Below are positions 26,429-38,124 of a DNA stretch of 64,000 bases, piece by piece (position 1 is the stretch's first letter; each line of letters opens with the position of its first letter). The notes under the pieces were generated by a model. It had not been told where the DNA came from, ran no database searches, and saw only the letters and a list, made by a program, of their open reading frames with translations. Where the stretch lies: positions 28,150,001 through 28,214,000 of the forward strand of contig CM059433.1 of assembly GCA_030390025.1 (NCBI GenBank), written 5' to 3'. The stretch comes from Squalus acanthias (taxonomy: Eukaryota). Both the position numbers and the translations under genes were made by a program.

Positions 26429-27727
26429 TGTGAAGGAATACACCATCCTATGAAAGAATTTTGACTTTATTAAAACATGATAAACTGGGCTTGAAAATCT
26501 GGAAGCCTCAACAATCTAAAGCTGTAAACAGCATACAGGCTTTTGAGATAAGATAAGTTGTTGACACTGAATCAATAGCCTCGTTGAAACAGGAGGTTGG
26601 AGGTTCCTAAAGTCTGAAGCCTTGGAAAGAACATAATGGTATACCCAGTTAAGGTGTCATAAACCAACACTTTGAAATGAAACACAGAAAGATAAAGAAA
26701 CATATGCCTTCGTAAAAATTACATCAAATAGAACCACTGCTGTTACACTGTTTTTTATGATGAGCTTCAAACACCTAGGGTAGAGACATAATTCTTAATG
26801 CAACCAGTTGAGGTAACTAAGAAGATAATGGTGCATCCGGTTGAGGTGTTCTAAATGCAAAAGATACAAACAGAAGACCTTGGTAAGAATGGCATCAAGT
26901 GGGAGAGGCACCAGCCATCACATTGTTTTTGTGTTGAACTTGAAACAACTAAAGGAGAGACACGAGTCTGCTTGCTACCAGCTGAACTGACTGTAAGAAT
27001 AGAAGGGGTCAATAGAAAAATTACTAGAGATAATTAGCTTACATCAGCAGAAAACTTCAAAGGAAATACCACTGAGAAAGGGTATAAAAATTGGACTTTC
27101 AAATGGGAAGATAGATTCGCTTGAAGGGGCAAAGCGATTCTCAGGCTTCAGAGGCAAGCTCTGTAAGTCTTCAACTCTTTGAGTCTCAGGGATCAAGGTA
27201 CTTGTATTTGATTTTGGTGGATATCCTGGAATAGACTAAGAAATGTAAAAATGTAACGAAGTTAAGATTTGAGAATAAGGATCTCTGATAAGATTGTATG
27301 TAAGATTCTTTTTGGAATTGTTACGGTTGCGAATGAATCACCAACTGTAAATTACATGTCGGTTCTTTAATAAATCTATATATTTTTAGAATTGTCTCAC
27401 ATAATACTTCTGTATCAAACTCGCAAACTCAATCTCTGTACACTCTTTGGTGAGGAGTTGCAGAATTCTGGGGGAGTTCACCGGACCCTCATAATATCCG
27501 GAAGGTTACAGTCTAGCTAAATTTATTAAAAGTGCTATCTGGAGGATGGTAACATCTTCAGGCTGTTCCTTTCCTTTAGGGAGAGATAGTCTGGACCTTT
27601 AGACCCAATTAAGCGTCTTTAGGATTCGGCGACCTCTAACTTTAACTTTAGTTTAAGGTGAATGTCTGGGGAATACGCCTGATCCGGGGTAGCCTAAAAG
27701 GGGCTAGGACTAGTAATTATCCCTTCA
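26429..27727 (+). mobile_element. Solo LTR (about 1.3 kb) inserted into an L2 fragment
   Basis: TG...CA ends with short inverted termini (TGTGAAGGAATA / TATCCCTTCA), 4-bp TSD AGGC (26425-26428, 27728-27731), TATAAAA at 27083, AATAAA at 27369. The L2 sequence rejoins across it. Confidence 0.8.
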
Positions 27728-28659
27728 AGGCAACGTTACAGAGGTGGAAGTAGGCGGTCTTGGTGATGGTGAAGATCTGGGGACGGAGGCTCATCTCAGG
27801 ATCAAATAGGATGCCAAGATTGCGAACAGTCTGGTTCAGCCTTAGACAGTGGCAGCAGGATGTCGAAGACTGACAGCCTATTGCAGCAAGATGGTAATGC
27901 CTAAATATTAACAATACACCTTACAAGCTGTGAGAACTTATTTAGAAGGTCTGGCTATAACATGAAAGATTTATCATGAGACAAATCAAAGTATAGATTG
28001 CTTACATCTTAAGTTCTAACTGAGGCTGAACTCCATGGGTCGACCGATAATTGCATCACCCACATACAATGTTGTACTTTGAAGGTCTACAAAAGCCTGT
28101 TTCATCCAAGAACCCTGCTGATTAGCAATCCATGCAAAAAAATAAGTTTTGAAAAGGAAATTTGACCTCGATATTTGTTGAAAATGGCTATTCACGAACA
28201 TCTGGGGATGTAAATTTCCTTTTATAGTGTGGCAGCTGTTACCTGAGCAATAACCACACTCTTTGAGAAAGCAAGTGGAGTAAGGGAGTGTCAAGGAATC
28301 CGAGAAGATTTGGAGGAAAAGACTCATGGGGCTGAATGGCCTACTCCTGTCCCTGTGTTCCAGACCTCTTGCTATTTGCCATTACCCTGGAAAGTGATCT
28401 GGCATGCAGCTAACAACCGGGTTCCTACTTACTGCTGGGTTAGCAGAGACATTTGGAGTTAGGAAACTTGCCTAAGGTTTACAGCAGCAACTACTGTGCT
28501 GGTGACAGGAATCTGTTGCGCTCCCAGCGAGCAGCTGTCTGAACAGTTCCTCTGTCTGAAAGCTAGCTTCCTCCAAATCTACTTTATTCACAATTGTAAA
28601 ATAGTAGTTGACATGAATCTTGTCATTCATGGGAAATGACTTATGACATAATACTGGGC

Positions 28660-28678
28660 GGCCTGCTGGTGGCGCTGT
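28660..28678 (+). promoter_or_regulatory. Candidate CTCF site
   Basis: GGCCTGCTGGTGGCGCTG against the CCASYAGRKGGCRS core (2 mismatches), in unique intergenic sequence. Confidence 0.35.
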
Positions 28679-31600
28679 CCAGGGAGAGTATAAATACTCG
28701 GGCATGGGCCCAGCTTGCTCAGGACATTCTTTAACAGGAACTAGTGAAGGACACAACTAGATCTCCATGTTGAAAAACAGTTGATTAAAGCTTTGTTTAA
28801 CGCTTAGACCAAGTGCCTAGTAGTTTTCTTACGTCAGTAGTTCTGTATAATAACACGATAGGCGAACCTCAGCAGATACAGGATCTGACTGTGGCTGTTC
28901 TCCTGGGTGTCTAGTCTGTGTATCATGTTCCCCAATGACACTGATGGGGGAATCCAGAACAAGGGGACATAATCTTAAAATTACAGCCAGGCCGTTCGAA
29001 GTTAGGGAGCACTTTTTCACACAAAGAGCAGTGGAAATCTGGAACTCTCTCCCCCAAAATGCTGTGGATGCTGGGACAATTGGAGCTTTCAAGACTAAGA
29101 TTGATAGATTTTTGTTAGGTCAGAATATCAAGGGATGTGAAGCAAAGGCGGATAAGTGGAGTTAAGCCAATCCTGTCCAATATTTATCCCTCAATCAACA
29201 TCACGAAAACAGATTATCTGGTCATTTATGGGATCTTGCTGTGTGTAAATTGGTTGCTGCGTTTCCTCCATTAAAAGAAAGACTTGTATTTATATAGCAC
29301 CTTTCATGACCTCAGGTTGTCCCAAAGTGCTTTACAGCCAATGAAGTACTTTTGAAGTGTAGTCACTGTTGCAACGCAGGACAGTGACTACACTTCAAAA
29401 GTACTTCATTGACTGTAAAGCACTTTGGGATGTCCTGAGGTTGTGAAAGGTGCTGAATAAATGTTCTCAGCGGGGGCATCGCAGGTTCTTAGCCTGCCCA
29501 TTAATTTTAATAGTTCTTGCAGTTTGGCACAATGTGCCCTCTGTGAGCAACACTGCCCACTTGGAGCACAGAATTGGTCGATATAAAGTATTAAACGGCC
29601 TGAAGTATTATATGTGTGGCTTTCACTTTAAAGTCGGTCAGGCCAGTAGAACAAGAGAAAATAAATTTAAAGTGGATATTAGAAGAAATTTCTTTACTTA
29701 AAGGGTGATAAATGTTTGGAATGATCTACTAGATAAGGTAGTGAAATCAAAGATGTTTGGGGAATGCAGCTGAATACTTGGCTGTGAGTTCAAATAATAA
29801 AGGAACAAGCTTGATGGACTGAATGGCCTTTTCTCATCCTTGACCTTTTCTCATGTTCTTAAAACACTCACACCAAGGACATAGGAATGGGAACATAGGA
29901 ACAGGAGCAGGCCATTCAGCCCCTTGAGTCTGTGCCGCCATTCAATGAGATCATGGCTCATCTGTATCTTAACTCGATCTACCCGTTACCCTTAATACGC
30001 TTGCCGAACAAAAATCTATCACTAAATCAAAAAGAACAACACGCACAGCCTCTCCTAAAAAGATTCAATGAAACATTTACCTCAACAAAGCTTACTCCTG
30101 CTTTTCAAAATGATTTGAAGAACATGCTGATCAAAAGGACGAGAAGAAAAATATTCCATCAGTACAGCAGACTGAAAGGTATTGATTCATCTGGAAAATT
30201 AGACACACTGCACGTGCTTAGAATGCATAATCCAAATTCAGTCTCTGGGCAAAAATATCAAATCGAAGCCCAGGCTTTTGGGAGAGGGTGAGGCCTTCAA
30301 GTAAAAACCTTAATGAAGACATTGAAAGGCATAAAAGATGATTAATGTAATTGTGTTATTGTGAAATAGGTAATTAATTTTTTTTAGTCATATCCATATT
30401 TTAGACATGGCAATTTTAGTTACTGAGAAAAAAATGACAGAGGAAAAGCATTTTCGATTAGTTTTTTTAATGAATTTTTAAATTTGATTAAAGGATTTGA
30501 TAGGGTAGATAGAGAGAAACAATTTCTTCTGGTGGGGGAGTCCAGAACAAGGGGATATAACCTTAAAATTAGAACCAGGCCATTCAGGGGTGATGTCAGG
30601 AAGCACTTCTTCACACAAAGGGTAGTGGAAATCTGGAACTCTGTCCCCCAAAAAGCTGTTGAGGCTGGGGGTCAATTGAACATTTCAAAACTGAGATAGA
30701 TAGATTTAGGTTAGGCAAGGGTACTAAGGGGTACAGAACCAAGGTGGATAGATGGAGTTAAGATACAGGTCAGCCATGTTCTAATTTAATGGCGGATCAG
30801 GCTCGAGGGGCTGAATGGCTGACTCCAGTTCCTATGTTCCTAATTTGTAGGAACCTGATGGCCAGATTGTGCAATTGCAGGATGATATATTCTCACAATA
30901 AAATAGCAGCTACTGTGTCACACAAATGTTATGTGACAAGTAGAGTTGTGACACCCTTAACATTGAAAATATCTATTATAAAGCCACCTAAAAGTGCAAC
31001 AGGTATTTCAGACACTCATATAATAAGAGTTACCATAGGAAGAGGTTTATAGAGGATTTTCCAATGCATTTTGAAATGGAATGGGGCAACTCACAAACCA
31101 AATTTAGTATTTGCTGAAAAATAGCAGCTATTGTCTGACACCTGATGTGATTCATTCTGTGACAGGCAAGCTGTGATACCATTAACATTGAAAACATCTA
31201 TCACAGTGCCACCTAAGGTTGTCACAGGTACTGCAGGGAGTATCAGGAGTTTTGCACAGGACCAGCAGCAACAACAACCTGCATTTATATAGCACCCTTA
31301 ATGTAGTAAAACGTCTCAAGGTGCTTCACAGGAGGGTGATCAAACAAAATTTGACACCGAGCCACATAAGGAGATATTAGGACAGGTGGCCAAATGCTTG
31401 GTCAAAGAGGTAGGTTTTAAGGAGCGTCTTAAAGGAATTAAAGAATGGTGGAGAGGTGGAAACGTTTAGGGAGGGAATTCCAGAGCTTAGGGCCTAGACA
31501 GCTGAAGGCACAGCCACCAGTGGTGGAGCAAAGAAAACCGAGGATGTGCAAATGTCCAGAATTGGTGGAGCGCAGAGATCTCGGAGGGTTGTGGGGCTGG

Positions 31601-32787
31601 AGGAGGTTACAGAGATAGGGAGGGGGCGAGGCCATGGAGGGATTTGAAAACAAGGATAAGAATTTTTACATTGCAGCATTACTGCACCGGGAGCCAATGT
31701 ACGTCAGTGAGCACCAAGATGACAAAGGAATTTTCAATGGAAAGTGCACTCCATGGATCAAATTTAATATCTAATAGATTTTCTCCTCTTATTTATTATC
31801 CACAGTTCTATCTGCCATTGATTGGTAGAGGGGATGGACATGTGAACTGCTCCTACCCCTCTGCAAATGCTGCTTCAAGCAGCTGGTGGGAGCTGCACCA
31901 TAGCTCCCCGAATTATTTTACCCTCCAGTTTTCTCTCACTCTGAGACGTTGCCTCATCTTCCATTTTGCACCTCCATCTGATTCAGCTGAGGATGGGCAT
32001 ATCTTTGAAGTGTTCAAAAACAGTACAGACAGCTGGTTAATTCAACAAACAACAGAGAAACCGAAGATGAAGAGAGAAATAAAATACTCATAGCGTGTCC
32101 TATACAAACCCGTGGAGCTAGACAGTCTTAAAAAAATTCTATTAAGCACCTTGGGACGTTTTCCTGTGATAAAGGCGCTATATTTGTACAGGTATGGTAG
32201 CATAATGGATTTGTTACTGGACTAGTAATACAGAGATGTGTAGTTCAAATCCCACCATGGCAGCTTGTGAATTTGAATTCAGTTAATTAAATAAATCTGG
32301 AATAAAAAGCTGGTGTCAGTAATGGTGACCATGAAGCTATCAGATTGTCATAAAAAGCATACCGGTTCACTTATGTCCTTTAGGGAAGGAAACCTGCCGT
32401 TCTTACCTGGTCTGGCCTATATGTGACTCCAGACCCACAGCAATGCAGTTGACTCTTAACTGCCCCCTGAAATGGCCTAGCAAGCCACTTAGTTGCACCA
32501 AACCGCAACAAAAAAATACAATAAGAATAAAACCGGACGGACCACTCGGCATTGACATAGGTATCGGATTCGGAAACGACAAGGGCATCCCCCAGCCCAG
32601 TCAACCCTGCAAAGTCCTCCACATTAGGACTTAATCTGGGGACTTGAGTCAAAATTGGGAGAGCCTGACATAGTCATACTCACAGAATGATACCTATCAG
32701 GCAATGTCCCAGACTCCTCCATCACAATCCCTGGGTATGTCCTGTCCCATCAGCAGGACCGACCCACCTGAGATGGCAGCACAGTGG

Positions 32788-34560
32788 CGGTCAGAAGCGG
32801 GGGAACTTATAATGGGGAACAAAGAAATGGCAGACCAATTAAATACATATTTTGGTTCTATCTTCACAAAGGAGGACACAAATAACCTCCCAGAGATGTT
32901 GGAGAACATAGGGTCTGATGAAAGGGAGGAGCTGAAAGAAATCAGTATTTGTAGGGAAATGGTGTTAGGGAAATTGATGGGATTGAAGGCCGATAAATCC
33001 CCAGGGCCTGATAATCTACATCCTAGGGTACTTAAGGAAGTGGCCCTAGAAATAGTAGATGCATTGCTGATCATCTTCCAACATTCGATGGAATCTGGAA
33101 CTGTACCCATGGATTGGAGGGTAGCTAATGTTACCCCACTATTCAAAAAGGGTGGTAGAGAGAAAGCGGGGAATTACAGACCGGTAAGCCTGACATCGGT
33201 AGTGGGGAAAATGCTAGAGTCCATTATAAAAGATGTAATAGCTGAGCACTTGAAAAACAGTGACAGGATCGGACAAAGTCAACATGGATTTACAAAAGGT
33301 AAATCGTGTTTGACTAATCTACTGGAATTTTTTGAGGATGTAACTGGGAAAGTAGATAAGGGAGAACCAGTAGATGTGGTGTATTTGGACTTTCAAAAGG
33401 CTTTCGATAAGGTCCTGCATAAGAGATTAGCGTGTAAAGTTAAGGCACATGGGATTGGGGGCAAGGTATTGACTTGGATAGAGAACTGGTTGGCGGACAG
33501 AAAGCAGAGAGTAGGAATTAATGGGTCTTTTTCTGAGTGGCAGGCAGTGACTAGTGGGGTACCGCAGGGATTGGTCCTTGGACCCCAGCTATTCACAATA
33601 TACATTAATGATCTAGATAAGGGAACTAAATGTAATATCTCCAAGTTTGCAGATGACACAAAGCTGGGTGGGCGTGTGTGCTGCGAGGAGGATACCGAGA
33701 AACTCCAGGATGATTTGGACAGGTTGGGTGAGTGGGCAGAAGCATGGCAGATGCAATATAATGTGGATAAATGCGAGGTTATCCACTTTGGTGTCAAAAA
33801 CAGAAAGGCAGACTATTATCTGAATGGCAATAGATTGGGAGAAGGGGAAGTGCAACGAGACCTGGGTGTCCTTGTGCACCAGTCGCTGAAGGTAAGCATG
33901 CAGGTGCAGCAGGCGGTGAAGAAGGCAAATGGTATGTTGGCCTTCATAGCGAAAGGGTTTGAGTATAGGAACAGGGATGTCCTGCTGCAGTTGTACAGGG
34001 CCTTGGTGAAACCACACCTTGAGTACTGTGTGCAGTTTTGGCCGCCTTATCTGAGGAAGGATGTTCTTGCCATGGAAGGAGTTCAGCGAAGATTCACAAG
34101 GCTGATACCTGGGATGGCAGGAATGACATATGAGGAGAGATTGGGTCGATTGGGCTTATACTCGCTGGAGTATAGAAGAATGAGAGGGGATCTCATCGAA
34201 ACATATAAAATTCTGACAGGTCTGGACAAACTAGATGCAGGAAGAATGTTCCCGATGGTCGGAGAGTCCAGAACCAGGATAAGGGGTAAGCCATTTAGGA
34301 CAGAAATGAGGAAGAATTTCTTCACCCAGAGAGTGGTGAACCTGTGGAATTCTCTACCACAGAAGGTAGTTGAGGCCAAGTCATTAAATATATTCAAGAA
34401 TGAGTTAGATATATTTCTTAAAGCTAAAGGTATCAAGGGATATGGGGAGAAGGCAGGTACAGCGTACTGAGTTTGGATGATCAGCCATGATCTCATCGAA
34501 TGGTGGAGCAGGCTCGAGGGGCTGAATGGCCTACTCCTGCTCCTATCTTCTATGTTTCTA
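32788..34560 (+). mobile_element. Young 5'-truncated CR1 LINE with uninterrupted RT ORF
   Basis: ORF 32704-34470 has YLDFQKAFD, GVPQG, KFADDTK and RPHLEYC-like motifs. CR1-type TTCTATGT tail. Host family B sequence resumes at 34561. Confidence 0.95.
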
Positions 34561-35518
34561 TGGTATACAGTCGGGATGACAGTCCATGACAGGTACAGCC
34601 CTGGGGGACATCAACATTGACTTTGATCCCCATGAAGTCTCATGGCATCAGGTCAAACATGGGCTGATTACTACCTCTTGCCCTCCCTCAGCTGATGAAT
34701 CAGTACTGTACTCCTCCATGTTGAACACCACTGTATCAAAACTGCCACAAAAAATTACAAGAAGAATAAAACTGGACGGACCATGCGGCATCAACCGAGG
34801 CATTGGATTTAGATACAACAAGGGCACACCCGCCCCAGTCCACCCTGCAATCTTCAAGGGTGCAGAATGTACTCTGGGTGGGGGATTTCAATGTCCACCA
34901 CCAAGAATGGTTTGGTAGCACCACGACTGACCGAGCTGGCCGGGTTCTGCAGGATGTAGCTGCCAGACTGGGCTTGTGGCAGGTGGTGAGAGAACCAACG
35001 CGAGGGAAAAACCCACTTGACCTCATCCTCACCAATCTACCTGCCGCAGATGCATCTGTCCATAACAGTATTGGTGGGAGTGATCACCGCACAGTCCTTA
35101 TGGCGACAAAGTCCTGTCTTCACACTGAGGACACCCTCCATTTTGTTGTGTGGCACTTCCTCCATGCTAAATGGGATAGATTCAGAACAGATCTAGCAGC
35201 TCAAAACTGGGCATCCATGAGGTGCTGTGGGCCATCAACAGCAGCAGAATTGTATTCCACCACAATCTGTAACCTCATGGCCCGGCATATCCCTCACTCT
35301 ACCATTACCATCAAGCTAGGGGACCAACCCTGGTTCAATGAGGAGTGTAGAGGAGCAGTACCAGGCATACCTGAAAATAAGGTGCCAACCTGGGGAAGCT
35401 GCAACACATGACTACATGCATGCTAAACAGCAGAAGCACCATGCTATAGACAGAAATAACAACAGAAAATGCTGGAAAAACTCAGCAGGCCAGGCAGCAT
35501 CCGTGGAGAGAGAAACAG

Positions 35519-35555
35519 AGTTAACGTTTCAGGTCGAAGACCTTTCGTCAGAACT
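35519..35555 (-). ncRNA. Hammerhead-like motif
   Basis: AGUU-CUGACGA-A-AGGUC-UUC-GACCU-GAAA-CG-UU-AACU. Confidence 0.65.
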
Positions 35556-35739
35556 GGAAAAAAGCAGGAAATGGAATAGATTTTAAAGCAAGTTTAGGGG
35601 CTGGGAAAAGGGGGAGGGGATGAAAGAACAAAAGGGCAGGTCAGTGATAGGATAGAAAGTTTTTTGTTCTTTCATCCCCTCCCCCTTTTCCCAGCCCCGA
35701 AACTTGCTTTAAAATCTATTCCATTTCCTGCTTTTTTCC

Positions 35740-35776
35740 AGTTCTGACGAAGGGTCACAGACCTGAAACGTTAACT
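35740..35776 (+). ncRNA. Hammerhead-like motif
   Basis: AGUU-CUGACGA-A-GGGUC-ACA-GACCU-GAAA-CG-UU-AACU. Confidence 0.65.
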
Positions 35777-36474
35777 CTGTTTCTCTCTCCACGGATGCTG
35801 CCTGGCCTGCTGAGTTTTTCCAGCGTTTTCTGTTGTTATTTCGGATTTCCAGCATCCGCAGTATTTTGCTATCATGCTATCGACAGAGCTAAGTGATCCC
35901 ACAACCAACGGATCAGATCAAAGCTCTGCAGCCCTGCCACATCCAGTCGTGAATGGTGGTGGACAATTAAACAACTAACGGGTGGAGGAGGCTCCATGAA
36001 CATCCCCATCCTCAATGATGGCGGAGCCCAGCACGTGAGTGCAAAAGACAAGGCTGAAGCATTTGCAACCATCTTCAGTCAGAAGTGCCAAGTGGATGAT
36101 CCATCTCAGCCTCCTCCTGAGCTCCACATCATCACAGAAGCCAGTCTTCAGCCAATTCGATTCACTCCGTGTGTTAAAGGCTGAACGCACTGGATACAGC
36201 AAAGGCTATGAGCCCCGACAACATCCCGGCTGTAGTGCTGAAGACTTGTGCTTCAGAACTATCCACGACTCTAGCCAAGCTGTTCCAGTACAGCTACAAC
36301 ACTGTCATCTACCTGACAAAGTGAAAAATTGCCCAGGTATGTCCTGTCCATAAAAAACAGGACAAATCCAATCACCACCCAATCAGTGTACTCTCAATCA
36401 TCAGCAAAGTGATGGAAAGTGTCGTTGACAGTGCTATCAAGTGGCACTTACTCATCAATAACCTTTTCATTGAC

Positions 36475-37215
36475 TACCCTCTTACTATTTATATGTTCAT
36501 AAAAGACTTTTGGGTTCCCTTATGTTAGTCGCTAATCTATTCTCATGCTCTCTCTTTGCCCCACTTATTTCATTTTTTAGATCTCCTCTGTACTTTCTGT
36601 ATTCAGCTTGGTTCTTTACTGAATTATGAACCTGACATTTCTCATAAGGCTCCTTTTTCTGTTTCATTTTAATCTCTATATCTTTAGTCATCCAGGGAGT
36701 TCTTGCTTTGGATGCCCTTCTTTTTCCCCTCGTGGGAAAGTGTCAAGTTGGTACCCAAACTATCTCCTCTTTGAACGTCTCCCATTGCTCATTTATTGTT
36801 TTGTCTGCCAATCTTTGATTCCAATCCACCTGGGCCAGATCCCTTTTCATCTCACTGAAGTTAGCCCTGCTCCAGTTAAGTATTTTCACGCTGAATGTTC
36901 TTTGTCCTTTTCCATAACTATTCTAAACCTGATGATATTATGATCACTGTTCCCCAAATGTTCTCCCACAGAAACATGCTCCACTTGCCCCACTTCATTC
37001 CCCAGAATCAGATCCAGCACGGCTTCTTTCCTCATTGGACTGGAAACATACTGATCAAGAAAGTTCTTTTGTACGCATTTCAGGAATTCCTTCCCCTCTT
37101 TTCCCTTCACACTGTTACTACCCCAGTCTATATTAGGATAATTGATGTCCCCCCATTATCACTGCTGTATAGTTCTTGCATCTTTCTGCAATTTGCCTGC
37201 AAATTTACTCCTTGA
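36475..37215 (-). mobile_element. CR1 LINE internal fragment (end of EN plus linker)
   Basis: FLDQYVSSPMRKEAVLDLILGNE...LGNSDHN. Confidence 0.8.
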
Positions 37216-38124
37216 TCTCCATTGGTCACTAGTGTAATGTAGGAAATGCAGCAGCCAATTTGGCCAATTTGGTACCAAGGGAGTGCGGCACTGTCGGAGG
37301 TGTTGTCTTTCGGATGAGACGTTAAACCAAGGCCCCGTCTGCTCTCTCAGGTGGACGTAAAAAATCTCATGGCACTATTTCGCAGAAGAACAGGGGAGTT
37401 ATCCCCAGTGTTTTGGATAATATTTATCCCTAAATCAACATCACTAAAAAAAGATTATCTGCTCATTATCACTTTGCTATTTTTTAGGATCTTGCTGTGC
37501 ACAATTTGAGAGCTGTGTTTCCTATATTACATCAGTGACTACACTTCAAAAGTACTTCGGCACATCCTGAGGTCATAAAAGGCATATAAATGCAAGTCTT
37601 TTTCTCTTTCAAGCAGCCAAGCTCCCACAAATAGCAGTGAGATAAATGACCAGATAATTTTTCTTTAGTGGTTAGTTGAGGGATAAATAACAGCCAGGGT
37701 ACCAGGGAGAACTCCGAAGCTCTTCTTCGAAATAGGGCCACGGGATCTTTTATGTCCACCTGAGAGGGCAGATGGGGCCTCGGTTTAACGTCTCATCCAA
37801 AAGACGACACCTCCGGCAGTGCAGCGCTCCCTCAGTACTGCACTGGGGGTGTCAGCCTCGACTATGTGCTGAAGTGGGGCTATGAACCCACGACCTTCTG
37901 ACTCAAAGGGGAGAATGCTACCCAACTGAGCCACAGCTGACACAACAAATATTTTTGGTGCAACCGTTTCCCCCCTCCCGAATAAATAAATGGAAATTTC
38001 TCTCTTATACAGGGCTGCATGCTGTGAATTTGCAAGGAATTTTTTTTAAATTTCCAATATTGGCGGGTTATTTAAAAAACTATCTACTTGCACCAACCTG
38101 TGTTGATGCATGCATGCCTGCACA

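Larger units (their letters stand above)
35455..35872. mobile_element. Penelope-like family 1 inverted pair
   Basis: Inverted arms of about 180 bp, TSD CATGCTAT(A/C)GACAGA (35440-35454 / 35873-35887). Confidence 0.8.
32190..36472 (+). mobile_element. Family B element with tRNA-like head, interrupted by a CR1 (32788-34560) and a Penelope-like palindrome (35455-35872)
   Basis: A and B boxes at about 32197-32252, then SINE body, then the APE domain (VLWVGDFNVHHQEWFG). Truncated in the early RT region. Confidence 0.85.

Noticed and set aside
30080..32030. Minus-strand exon-like segments (about 30080-30245 and 31921-32030) as a small coding gene
   Set aside because: Splice-like ends exist, but the joined frames hit stops and resemble no protein I recognise. 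Non-coding exons cannot be excluded.
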